Assembly: GCA_963781585.1 (NCBI GenBank)
Contig: CAWAGQ010000004.1
Span: 608,001-672,000 of the forward strand
Origin: an uncultured Gemmatimonadaceae bacterium
Lineage (GTDB): Bacteria; Gemmatimonadota; Gemmatimonadetes; Gemmatimonadales; Gemmatimonadaceae
Direction of reading: 5' to 3'
Length of the DNA stretch: 64,000 bases
Within the stretch, counting starts at the first letter, position 1; every line of letters starts with the position of its first letter. The translations under genes and the position numbers were made by a program. Shown one piece after another: positions 43,759 to 52,715 of this stretch. A model generated the notes under the pieces. That model worked only from the letters and a program-made list of their open reading frames with translations, was not told the DNA's origin and ran no database searches.

Positions 43759-45675
43759 TCAATTGAAGAAGTTCCATCTGACGCCGTAGAAATTCATCTG
43801 CTTGGGCATCAGAAAGCCGGGCACCTGCGAATACTGCTCACCAAAGAGATTGCGGTACTGATAGCTGACCGTCGCGGTGAGCAATCGGATTTCAAGCAGG
43901 AATCCCCAGGTCCGGTACTGCGAAGACTGCACGATGTCGCCGGTCGAGATCGGAAAGAGCGCCTGGCTACGGTACTCGTGCGTGAGCGCCGCCATGAGGT
44001 GCAGGTGCCCGCTGGGGAATCGCCGCAGGAAACTGCTCTCGAAATACAGCTGTGACCGCGTCTGATATTGGGGCCGAAAAGCGTCCGCCTGGCTGTAGCG
44101 AACTCCGCGCACGTCGACTCCCAGGTCGCCCCAGAACTTTCCTCTCACACCGGCGAACACGCCCGTGGTGTGTCCCTGCGCTGCAGCTTGATAGCTCGTG
44201 TCGAACACGATCGGTGGGGCGAGCGATGATGTGTCACGCGTCATCGCGCCCCCCGTGAGCCAGACCCGTCCCAGGCGGACTCCAGCCTCGGCGAGCATCG
44301 ACGTGGATGCCGGAATGCTCGTGCTGCCGATTGGTGTGCGACGGCCCAGTGATAGTCTGAGTGAAACGTATGGCAGGGGTGAGAGGCGTGCCGCGAGTTC
44401 CGTCCGAACCACGCTGTCGCGCGGTGCGCGCTCGCCGAACAGGGACACGGTGGCCCGGCGCTGCTCGAACGATGCGCGGACGCTGGGCGCGAACGATGAA
44501 TGTCCGTGGTCGCTGGTGGACCGTCCCGTTGCGGAGAGCCGCAGGGGGCCCCGGCTCCACCCGCCTGCGATGACGTACTGGGGCATCGAGCGCGTCGTGT
44601 CGCCCGACAGTTGGATGGTGTCCGGGTGCTCGGGCGATCCCCCGGGACCACCGCCGTCGGGCCCCGGGATGGAATCGATGATCGGTGGCGGCGGTGGGCC
44701 GTGCAGGGCGAAGCCCTCAGATGCCGCCACGGCCTGCGCCCAGACTCCTTGTCCCGGATCGCCGTAGGCGACGCGCGCGTACGAGATCGAAGTCGAACCG
44801 TCCAGTTTCGGCAGATTCGTGAACGGGACCAGCGCAAGCTGTTCATCTCGCTCACGGCTCCGGCGCAGGAATGATGCATCGGCCGTCCATTTCTTCTTCG
44901 ACCAGCCCACGCGTCCCCAGAGAGACAGGTCGTGCGTGTCTCCGCCATTGCGCACGTCGCGTGTCCCGAACTGGTCCGCGCCCAGTTGGAGGGCATAGCC
45001 CGACCGGAATCGCCTGCCGTAGAATCCGCGAAAGGCGTTGGTCTGCAGGTCGCCGGTGCTGAAATCCACGCGGGTGGTGGGAGTCGTACTGCGCACCGTC
45101 CAGCTTCCCAGGTATACGCGCACTTCGTCCGCGGTCTGTTCGACGCGGGCGTCCTCGAGCGGCCACATGCTCACCATCGAGAGGTCCAGCATGCGACCCA
45201 TGCGGGGATCGAGCGGTTGTATCTCGATGCCGTCATAGAAAACCCGCACGCGCGAGAAGTCGCCCTGGTACGCCCCCACGTGTGGAGAGCCGATCCATCC
45301 GCTGCGGAACACAGTGAGTCCCGGCACGTCGTCGAGGAGTTCGCCGAAGGTGAGTGCGCCGCTGGCGAACAGCGCCGTTCGGTCCCATCGCAGTCCGTCG
45401 TCGATGTCGGTGAGGACCGGGACCTCGGCGTGCGCGATGGGCGCCTTGATGGTATCGGCGGCGCGTCGCTGCTCGGCGAGGTGGCGGAGGCTGTCCGCGT
45501 GGGCGCGCGCGCGGAGCGAATCTGCGCGGGCGCTGTCCTGCGGTGTCAGCGCGTGTTGGGCCGAGTCGCGCCTGGTGCTGGTGGTGTCCTGCGCCTGGAC
45601 CTGTCCGTGCAACGCCACTGCGGTGATCGCGCCGAGGCACGCGCGCCGCAGCAGCGCGCGCAGCGCCGTCGTCAG
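43759..45675 (-). CDS. Outer-membrane protein with TonB-receptor plug-like domain
   Basis: Signal peptide, ELLDDVPGL..VRVFYDGI..LDLS plug-like segment, C-terminal GVRWNFFN; start uncertain (CTG at 45675 after GGAGG). Confidence 0.65.
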   Translation of the reverse strand: MTTALRALLRRACLGAITAVALHGQVQAQDTTSTRRDSAQHALTPQDSARADSLRARAHADSLRHLAEQRRAADTIKAPIAHAEVPVLTDIDDGLRWDRTALFASGALTFGELLDDVPGLTVFRSGWIGSPHVGAYQGDFSRVRVFYDGIEIQPLDPRMGRMLDLSMVSMWPLEDARVEQTADEVRVYLGSWTVRSTTPTTRVDFSTGDLQTNAFRGFYGRRFRSGYALQLGADQFGTRDVRNGGDTHDLSLWGRVGWSKKKWTADASFLRRSRERDEQLALVPFTNLPKLDGSTSISYARVAYGDPGQGVWAQAVAASEGFALHGPPPPPIIDSIPGPDGGGPGGSPEHPDTIQLSGDTTRSMPQYVIAGGWSRGPLRLSATGRSTSDHGHSSFAPSVRASFEQRRATVSLFGERAPRDSVVRTELAARLSPLPYVSLRLSLGRRTPIGSTSIPASTSMLAEAGVRLGRVWLTGGAMTRDTSSLAPPIVFDTSYQAAAQGHTTGVFAGVRGKFWGDLGVDVRGVRYSQADAFRPQYQTRSQLYFESSFLRRFPSGHLHLMAALTHEYRSQALFPISTGDIVQSSQYRTWGFLLEIRLLTATVSYQYRNLFGEQYSQVPGFLMPKQMNFYGVRWNFFN

Positions 45676-47147
45676 CTCGTCCTCCCCCGAACGAATTCCA
45701 CAAAGGTACCCACTGGCACGCCGGTGGGTCCGCGCGGAATGATGACGAGATCCGTCTCGCTGTAGGCCGTCCCTGCCACGTCGAGGTGCACCCACGGATA
45801 GTCCACGAACTCCTGGAGGAACTTGGCGGCCGTAATGGTGCCGGCGGCGCGTCCGCCGGTGTTCTTGACGTCAGCCACGTCCGACTTGATGAGCTCCCGG
45901 TACTCGTCCCACAGGGGGAGTTGCCACGCCGGTTCGCTTGCCCGGCCGGCGGCGCTCACCACCTCGCGCACCAGACGGTCGTCACCGCCTAACGCGCCGG
46001 TTGCGGCGCTGCCGAGGGCCACGACGCAGGCGCCGGTCAGGGTGGCCGCATCGATCACCGCCTCCGGCTTGAAGCGCTTCACGTAGGTGAGCAGGTCGGC
46101 CAGCACCAGCCGGCCTTCGGCGTCGGTATTGATGATCTCGATGGTGCGACCCGAGCTGGCCGTCACCACGTCGCCCGGCTTGACGGCGGTGCCCGACGGC
46201 ATGTTGGTCGTGGCGCCGAACACGCCGACGACGTTCGCGCGGAGTCCGAGGCGCGCAATCGCTTCCATCGCCCCGATCACGCCCGCCGCGCCGCACATGT
46301 CGAACTTCATGAATTCCATGCGATCGGCCGGCTTGATGGAGATGCCTCCCGTATCGAAGCAGAGTCCCTTCCCCACCAGCACAATCGGTCTGGCGTCCTT
46401 CCTGCCCTTCCGGTATTCCAGCGTCACCAAGCGGGGCTCCTGCGGTGTGCCCTGGGCGACCGCGAGAAACGAGCCCATCTTCTCGCGCTCCATTTCCTTG
46501 CGACCGAGCACTGTAACCTGCATCCGGTGGCGCTTGCCGATGTCGCGAGCCACGTCAGCCAGGAGATCGGGGGTGCAGAGATTCCCCGGCATCATCGCGA
46601 GACGCCTGGCCACCGCGTATCCCGACCCGAGCGCCAGCGCCGCGGCCAGCCCCCGCCGCGCGCGGGCGGCGTCGGCCACCAGAATGGTGGCCGCCGTGAG
46701 CGGTGCGCGGCGTGACTCGTCAGGCGGCGGAGTCCTGAGGTCGTTGTATTCCCAGCTGCCGAGCTGCACTCCCACTCCCACCCCTTCCACACCGCGCGCG
46801 TCCAGGCGCCCACCCCAGACGGTCATCGATCCCACCCCCATTCGTTGCGCCTGGCGCGCGGCCAGCGTGGCCGCGCGGCGCAGCGCCAGCCCCACGTCCT
46901 TCGGAGTGCCGATCCCGACCAGCAGCAGCCGCCGGGCCCGGCCCTCGCGTCCGCTGAGGTGCAGGGTCTCGTCGCGTTCGCCGCGGAAGTCGCCGCGCTG
47001 CAGCGTCTGCGACAACAGCCCGTCCGTTGCGGCGTCGAGCGGTCGCAGAGCAGGAGGAAGCCGACGTGATGCGGGGAGCAAGAGCACCAGAAGCGGTGTC
47101 GCGACGCTGGTGACGTCGGACGACCGAACTTCGAGCGAGAGGGGCAT
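45672..47147 (-). CDS. pepA: Leucyl aminopeptidase (M17)
   Basis: VGKGLCFDTGG, MKFDMCG, NTDAEGRL, HLDVAG. Confidence 0.93.
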   Translation of the reverse strand: MPLSLEVRSSDVTSVATPLLVLLLPASRRLPPALRPLDAATDGLLSQTLQRGDFRGERDETLHLSGREGRARRLLLVGIGTPKDVGLALRRAATLAARQAQRMGVGSMTVWGGRLDARGVEGVGVGVQLGSWEYNDLRTPPPDESRRAPLTAATILVADAARARRGLAAALALGSGYAVARRLAMMPGNLCTPDLLADVARDIGKRHRMQVTVLGRKEMEREKMGSFLAVAQGTPQEPRLVTLEYRKGRKDARPIVLVGKGLCFDTGGISIKPADRMEFMKFDMCGAAGVIGAMEAIARLGLRANVVGVFGATTNMPSGTAVKPGDVVTASSGRTIEIINTDAEGRLVLADLLTYVKRFKPEAVIDAATLTGACVVALGSAATGALGGDDRLVREVVSAAGRASEPAWQLPLWDEYRELIKSDVADVKNTGGRAAGTITAAKFLQEFVDYPWVHLDVAGTAYSETDLVIIPRGPTGVPVGTFVEFVRGRTS

Positions 47148-47264
47148 GAGTGGTCCGGGAGGTGAAAGGGTGCGCGCGGCCCGCACGGAACAGGTCGCAG
47201 CGCGGCGGGCTGCGTTCGGCGGTGGCGAAAGCTAGAGGCCTCGGCGAACGACTTCTAGGTCGGA

Positions 47265-48233
47265 TCACACCACCCGATCAGGTGGCTCGCTCCCATCCAG
47301 GAAGGCCGCGATGTTCGCAAGGGCGCGATGGCCCATCGCCGAGCGCGACTCTGTCGTGGCGCTGCCCAGGTGCGGCAGCGCGACGACGTTGTCGAGGGCC
47401 AAGAGCGCGGGATCGACTGCCGGTTCGCGCTCGAACACGTCGAGCGCGGCACCTGCGATGGTGCCGTTTCGGAGGGCCGTTGCCAGCGCGCGTTCGTCGA
47501 CCACGTCGCCCCGGCTGGTGTTGATCAGGAAGGCCGTGGGGCGCATCTGTTCCAGGCGGCGCCCGTCGATCAGGTGATGGGTGTCGGGGTTTGCCGGGCA
47601 GTGGAGCGACACGAAATCCGATTGGGCGAGCAGGTCATCGAGGCTACATCGCTCGGCGCCGAGCTCGCGAACGAGGGTGTCGGGCGCGTCGTGCCGCGTA
47701 TGGTACAGCACGCGCATCCCGAAGCCGCGATCGGCGCGCAGGGCCACCGCGCGGCCGATCCGACCGAACCCAACGATCCCGATGGTCCGACCCGAGACGC
47801 GCGTGCCTAACAAGTAGGTCGGACGCCACCCGGTCCAGCGGCCCGCCCGGAGGTCGCGCTCGCCATCCCGGAACCGCCGTGCCACTGCCAGCAGCAGGAG
47901 CATCGTGAGATCGGCGGTGTCTTCGGTGAGCACGCCGGGGGTATTGGTCACGACCAGGCCGGCATCGCGGGCGGCATCGAGCGCGATGTTGTCGACGCCC
48001 GCGCCGAAGTTGGCCAGGAGTCGCGCCCGGAAAGGCGTGCTCTTCAGAACGGCTGCGGTCATCTGATCGGACACTGTGCACAGGACCACATCCGCTTCGT
48101 GCAGGGCCGCGATCAGCTCGTCAGGCGTGAACGCATGATCGTCGGGATTGAGCCGGGCGTCGTACAGTAAGTGCAGCTCGTGCTCGACGGGCGCGGGCAG
48201 GCGTCGCGTGGCGATGACGGTCGGCTGCGGCAT
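47265..48233 (-). CDS. D-2-hydroxyacid dehydrogenase (glyoxylate reductase/D-glycerate DH)
   Basis: TNTPGVL, GFGRIG, INTSRG, LDVFE, PHLGS. Confidence 0.92.
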   Translation of the reverse strand: MPQPTVIATRRLPAPVEHELHLLYDARLNPDDHAFTPDELIAALHEADVVLCTVSDQMTAAVLKSTPFRARLLANFGAGVDNIALDAARDAGLVVTNTPGVLTEDTADLTMLLLLAVARRFRDGERDLRAGRWTGWRPTYLLGTRVSGRTIGIVGFGRIGRAVALRADRGFGMRVLYHTRHDAPDTLVRELGAERCSLDDLLAQSDFVSLHCPANPDTHHLIDGRRLEQMRPTAFLINTSRGDVVDERALATALRNGTIAGAALDVFEREPAVDPALLALDNVVALPHLGSATTESRSAMGHRALANIAAFLDGSEPPDRVV

Positions 48234-48481
48234 GTGGAACAACCTATCGACGTGGGGTCGGGAGCTGGCGACTGACGCGCCGCGTCGATCGGCCAACCCG
48301 CTTCACGGCATCAGCTTGTTCGCATGTCCTGGCGCGCGTCCTTCTGTCAATCTCTGCGGTGCGGTTCCGAATCAAACTGGCCGACGGGGACAAGTCCCTG
48401 TGTCGCAACGAAGCAACACTCTTACCCGCCACTTCTCGACTGCGAACATGGTCGCCATGTTTACGCCGATCTTCTGGATCG

Positions 48482-48567
48482 CCTTCCGTTAAAGGGCAAC
48501 CCGTCCGCGAGGACGGTGCGCAAAGCGCGGAGTCTCATCCCCGAGACGGTCCCGCTACCGACGAAGG
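48482..48567 (+). ncRNA. Cyclic di-GMP-I (GEMM) riboswitch
   Basis: AAAGGGCAACC-CGTCC-GCGA-GGACG-GTGCGCAAAG...GTCTC..GAGAC..TACCGA fits the GEMM-I consensus (P2 with GNRA tetraloop, GCAAAG junction, ACCGA), about 55 nt upstream of a gene. Confidence 0.85.
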
Positions 48568-48621
48568 ACCCCAACCAACGCCTGGTCTGGGACGACTCCA
48601 CTCTTCGGGAGGTAGACGCAC

Positions 48622-49494
48622 ATGTTTCCCCAACATCTGGCGCGCGCATCGCTCGCCATTCTCTCGCTGGCTGCGCTCGCGGCCTGTGCCGACGGTCCGA
48701 CCGGCACATCGACGAGTCGGGTTCTGGTCCAAACTCCAGCCGCGGCCATCCAAACGCCGGGCGGCGGCGAGCTCTGGGTGTGCAAGGCAGGCAATACGGC
48801 CGGCACGTTCCACTTCGCCATCTCGTACTCGCACAAGTCGGGTCCCGGATCAGCGGTCCCGTCGAACCTCGCGTTGACGTCAACAGATGTCGATGTCGGC
48901 AGCTGCGTCGAGGTGGCGAGTTCTCCCGTGACCGGCTCAGACGTCTACCTCGCGTCGATCGTGGAGACGGGGCAGACGAACTGGGCCCTGTCCGCGGTCA
49001 CCGCTATCAAGGGAAATGGGTCCGACGTCACGGCCTCGCTCACCATCAATCTCGGGACCCTCACGGCGAGCGGCGCCCGACTGGGCAACGACCGCGGCAC
49101 GACGGTTGTCTTCACCAACACGTTCACCCCGCCGACCGTAACGCCGGAAGGCTGCTCGCCGGGCTACTACAAGAAGCACCTCCAGCCGGGCAACGACCAA
49201 CTCCTGGGCGACATCTTTTCCAGCACGCCGGGCGCACTGGCAGGCTACACGCTCCAGGACGCGCTGCACTTCGAAGGTGGTCCAACCCTGACCGACAAGG
49301 AAAAGATCCTGCTCCGGCAGGCGGCGGCCGGATACTTCAACATCGGGTGGCTCGGCGCCCCGCCGTACCCGCTGTCGCTCACGGACCTGCAGAACCTCGT
49401 CAATGACGCGCTGGACACTGGCAATGCGACGACGATACTGAACGTGAAGGACCAGATCGCCGGCGACAACAATCTGGAAGGGCCGAAGTGCTGA
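48622..49494 (+). CDS. Hypothetical lipoprotein (Thr/Ser-rich, GCSPGYYK motif)
   Basis: GGGAGG RBS, lipobox LAAC, typical codon usage. Confidence 0.8.
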   Translation: MFPQHLARASLAILSLAALAACADGPTGTSTSRVLVQTPAAAIQTPGGGELWVCKAGNTAGTFHFAISYSHKSGPGSAVPSNLALTSTDVDVGSCVEVASSPVTGSDVYLASIVETGQTNWALSAVTAIKGNGSDVTASLTINLGTLTASGARLGNDRGTTVVFTNTFTPPTVTPEGCSPGYYKKHLQPGNDQLLGDIFSSTPGALAGYTLQDALHFEGGPTLTDKEKILLRQAAAGYFNIGWLGAPPYPLSLTDLQNLVNDALDTGNATTILNVKDQIAGDNNLEGPKC

Positions 49495-49547
49495 CCTGAG
49501 GTCGCGGATCCAGCCGCGCCACAGCGCGGCTGGTGTGGTGGATGTGC

Positions 49548-49573
49548 GAAGGGCCCTCCTCGGAGGGCCCTTC
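49548..49573 (+). terminator. Probable intrinsic terminator
   Basis: GAAGGGCCCTCC-TC-GGAGGGCCCTTC followed by TGCTTT; a second hairpin lies at 49510-49533. Confidence 0.7.
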
Positions 49574-49733
49574 TGCTTTGCTACGCACCCGCGTCTGGCG
49601 ACCTGATGAAGGCGTGGTCCATCGCACCGGCAAGACTTCTGGCACCGCGGCATAAGCGACGATCATTCCCCACCGGCGGCCCCTTGGGTGCGCCGATCGT
49701 CCGCCTGCGCGCCTAACGCTCGGTCGAAATGAG

Positions 49734-49789
49734 TGCCCAGGACGAGACTCGAACTCGTAAGGGCCGAAGCCCGGCGGATTTTGAGTCCG
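49734..49789 (-). tRNA. 3' fragment (56 nt) of tRNA-Leu(CAA); duplicated att core of the integrated element, not an intact tRNA
   Basis: Minus strand CGGA-CTCAAAA-TCCG anticodon arm, long variable arm, ACGAG-TTCGAGT-CTCGT T arm, CCTGGGC-A acceptor; D arm and 5' acceptor strand are absent. Confidence 0.88.
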
Positions 49790-49901
49790 AACAACGACGG
49801 GTGCGGTGTTTGCCGGTGTTCGCCGATGTTGTTGTGTGAGCGACCGTTAGGCACTTCGGTTCATGTGCTGCGGGAAGCATGTTTGACGATGTTTTGCGGT
49901 G

Positions 49902-49934
49902 GTTCTAGCACAGTTCTAGCACAGTTCTAGCACA
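49902..49934 (+). repeat. 3 x 11-bp tandem repeat GTTCTAGCACA, likely integrase arm-type binding sites
   Basis: Perfect triplication about 110 bp inside the att core. Confidence 0.75.
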
Positions 49935-49951
49935 ATCAACCAGGAAGGCCA

Positions 49952-50977
49952 GTGCACACGACACCTGATCTGGAGCTGTTGCGCTCTGTTGGAAGCGGCC
50001 AAGTCTGGGCCATCGACCCCGATCGGTTGGAGGCCGTGCTCGGCCTTGCCACGCTCCGCGGTGCGCAGGCCGGACCGGAGCGCCGAGGCGTGTTGGCCCC
50101 GCGCGCTCCGCTCGTTACGGGCGGCGTCGCCGTGCTGCCGATGCATGGCATCCTCGTGCATCGCGCGTCGCCGCTCGCGAACCCGCTCGGTGCGGTGACA
50201 TCCACCGAAGCGGTGGGCCGGTCGTTGGACGACCTGCTCTCCCACGGGACGGAGACCATTGTGCTGGAGGTGGACTCGCCCGGCGGGGAATACGACGGCG
50301 TTCCAGAACTTGCGGACAAGGTATTTCACGCGCGGAGCCGGGCGCGCATCATCGCCGTGGCGGATAGCCTGGCGACGGCTGGCGCGTACGTCGTGGCTGC
50401 GGCGGCTGGTGAACTGGTGGTGAGTCCGTCGGCGGTCGTGGGCGGGCTCGGCGTCTTCACCATGCACGATGACTTCTCGGCGATGTTCGAACGGGTCGGG
50501 CTCACACGGACGGTGGTGCGGGCGCCAGCCTCCAAGGCCGAAGGCGCGGGGAATCTCCCGCTCAGCGCGGCGGCCCGCACGGCGCTCCGGGCGACCGTGC
50601 AGACGGTGTACGCGACATTAGTGGAGTCCGTGGCGCGCGGCCGGGCCGTCACGCCCGCAAGGGTTCGCGACGGGTTCGGCCAGGGGCGTACGGTCATGTC
50701 AGAGCGCGCCGTGCGAGAGGGCATGGCCGATCGCGTGGCCACGCTCGAAAGCGTCGTGCGCGCGTATCAGCGGAGCGCGCCGCCTCTTGGCCGGAACGCC
50801 TTCCGGGCGCCCGCGGAGTCCCCGCCGTTAGATGCTGATGCGCCTGGCGCATGGATCCGCTGCGATGCCGACGACGCCCCTGATCCATTTGCGGTAGAGT
50901 GGGATCGGTTCTATCGGCCGCGCGACGGAGGGAACGCCGCGGTACTTCGTCGGCGGCTCGAGTTGGAAACCGACTGA
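49952..50977 (+). CDS. S49 (SppA/prohead-protease-like) peptidase homologue, nucleophile Ser apparently replaced
   Basis: VAVLPMHG, IVLEVDSPGG, ELADKV, FGQGR, GMADRVAT; LATAGAY in place of AASAAY and GGLGV in place of GSIGV. Confidence 0.85.
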   Translation: MHTTPDLELLRSVGSGQVWAIDPDRLEAVLGLATLRGAQAGPERRGVLAPRAPLVTGGVAVLPMHGILVHRASPLANPLGAVTSTEAVGRSLDDLLSHGTETIVLEVDSPGGEYDGVPELADKVFHARSRARIIAVADSLATAGAYVVAAAAGELVVSPSAVVGGLGVFTMHDDFSAMFERVGLTRTVVRAPASKAEGAGNLPLSAAARTALRATVQTVYATLVESVARGRAVTPARVRDGFGQGRTVMSERAVREGMADRVATLESVVRAYQRSAPPLGRNAFRAPAESPPLDADAPGAWIRCDADDAPDPFAVEWDRFYRPRDGGNAAVLRRRLELETD

Positions 50978-51046
50978 TATGCTCTATGCCGCGTCGTCCG
51001 AACAAGCCGCCTGACGAAGCTTCGCGATGGTTAGGGCACAGAAAGG

Positions 51047-51136
51047 GCACAGTCATCCAGGAGGGCCATGTGCACATGACACGCGATTTCGAGCTGTTGC
51101 GCTGCGTCGGGACGCGGCCAAGCCTGGGCGATCGAC
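51047..51136 (+). repeat. Degenerate copy of 49930-50017 (island-end repeats and S49 5' end)
   Basis: Aligns base by base; encodes VHMTRDFELLRCVG versus MHTTPDLELLRSVG; preceded by two 11-bp ...GGGCACA units (51030-51051). Confidence 0.8.
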
Positions 51137-51256
51137 ACCACGCCGTTGCTAGAGGCGCACGGCGGCGCGCTGTCGGCTGACATGCTGCCCGAGTCTAGCC
51201 TTACCACTGCTGACGGGCTATTGTCTCGTCCCTCCCTGAGCCCGAGGAATGAGAGC

Positions 51257-51697
51257 TTGAGAATCGCGCTAGCCGCCGTATGTGACTACGCAATAATGGA
51301 CCAAAGCGGCAAACTGAGCCTCCTTGGGTTATTCGATGAGTTGCGAGCCGTCTCCTTCCCGGTGGCGCATCCGCGGATGTTTGTATGTCTCCGGATCCAG
51401 TGCGAGCCGATTGAGGCTAACACTCAGCACAGGTTGCAGATACGCTTGCAGGACGCTGATGGGAACCTTGTCTTGCCGGAGGTATCCACGCAATTCACAG
51501 TGCCGGATCGGCGTGCCGATCAGCCACATATGGCCGTCCAACTTGTACTAGAGATGGGTGGCGTTCGCTTCCCGCGGGCCGGCGAGTACTCTTTCGAAGT
51601 GGCCATCGATGGCTCGCATGTTCAGACCCTTGCGATTCGTGTCCAGCAGTTCACCCCAGGAGGTCCCCAAGGCGGCCAGCGTCCGAAATTGCGCTAG
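51257..51697 (+). CDS. DUF6941-like protein
   Basis: AAVCDYA..GKLSLLGLFD..FPVAHP..FPRAGEYSFEVAIDG pattern; TTG start chosen. Confidence 0.65.
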   Translation: MRIALAAVCDYAIMDQSGKLSLLGLFDELRAVSFPVAHPRMFVCLRIQCEPIEANTQHRLQIRLQDADGNLVLPEVSTQFTVPDRRADQPHMAVQLVLEMGGVRFPRAGEYSFEVAIDGSHVQTLAIRVQQFTPGGPQGGQRPKLR

Positions 51698-51700
51698 ACG

Positions 51701-52009
51701 ATGGCGCGCCACGTGCCGGGCAGGGCTTGGAAACTTTATGCGCGGATGTTGAACAGTCGTGCGGGTTGGGGACAGCGCGACTTCCACAAGCTGTACAAGG
51801 GCTTCGGATTCGAGTGTCGGGAAGGACGCGATCGGGTCTATTTCCACCCCGATCATCGCGGTGTGATTCCGATAGCGATGGTTGCAAGACATAATGAACT
51901 ATCAAAGGCATATACCGACGACGCCATCGAGCGCGTCGGCCGGCTCATCGCCTTAGAGCAATTGACGCAGGAGAAAATACCAAATGAGTACGATGATGTT
52001 CACGGATGA
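51701..52009 (+). CDS. HicA-like toxin (divergent)
   Basis: FGFECREG.DRVYFHP..VARHNELSKAY; upstream of a HicB-like gene. Confidence 0.6.
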   Translation: MARHVPGRAWKLYARMLNSRAGWGQRDFHKLYKGFGFECREGRDRVYFHPDHRGVIPIAMVARHNELSKAYTDDAIERVGRLIALEQLTQEKIPNEYDDVHG

Positions 52010-52322
52010 CTCGATCACCGCCGTTCAGGTGAACGTTGACAATGTTGGTCGGAAGGTGTGGTGGGAGGAGACCCTTCCGAGTGGCGCGCAAGTCTGGGTG
52101 GCGCGTGACCTCGATCTACCTGGCTGCATCGTTCAGGAGGGCTCTGCGCCCGCAGCACTTGCGGCCCTAGAAGATGCGAGGCTGCACTATCGTGCTGTGA
52201 TGGCTGAAATTGCCCAACCCTCAGACGCTCCCGACGCGTTGCTTCCAACTAGCACCAGCGAGACATCGAGTGCCATACCGACAAAACTCTTCAGCTATCG
52301 GGATTTGCAGCCAGTAGGCTAA
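51984..52322 (+). CDS. HicB-like antitoxin
   Basis: WVARDLDLPGCIVQEGSAPAALAALEDA resembles the HicB partial RNase-H fold. Confidence 0.65.
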   Translation: MSTMMFTDDSITAVQVNVDNVGRKVWWEETLPSGAQVWVARDLDLPGCIVQEGSAPAALAALEDARLHYRAVMAEIAQPSDAPDALLPTSTSETSSAIPTKLFSYRDLQPVG

Positions 52323-52715
52323 ATCGTTAGGGAGCTCGGTGACAGCTAGCGCGGATTTGATCGCTCGACCACCGCGCGCAGGCTCTCAGTGAGTTCCCGG
52401 AGCTGCTCGAGCGCTTTGGCCGTTTTCCCGGTTTTGCGACATAGCGCCACCAGACGAGCCGCGTGAGCTCGTCGAGGGCTGCGCGGTCCGGGGCCGCGCT
52501 CACGAGGCGACCGAGCGCCGCGGCGCGGGGCGGTCGTGAGCTTCAATTGTCTCGGACCAGGCGCGCGCGTTTCAGCGTGATCAGGAGGACGAGCGCGGTG
52601 CTGTCCTCCCCTTCGGGATAGTAGTGGTCGAGATCGGCCCTGAGGCGCGCGAGCGCCGCCGGATCATCGGCGAGCCGGATGCGGCGCAGGTAAAGGCCGC
52701 CAGCTCGAGCGCGGG

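Noticed and set aside
8444..47811. GCCTAAC sites in core genes as attC sites
   Set aside because: They lie inside intact genes and lack L boxes and partner GTT sites; reported instead as an over-represented motif
49734..49820. Intact tRNA-Leu gene
   Set aside because: Similarity stops within the anticodon stem; no D arm or 5' acceptor strand, so it is treated as an att remnant
49902..49934. CRISPR array
   Set aside because: 11-bp tandem units with no spacers and no cas genes
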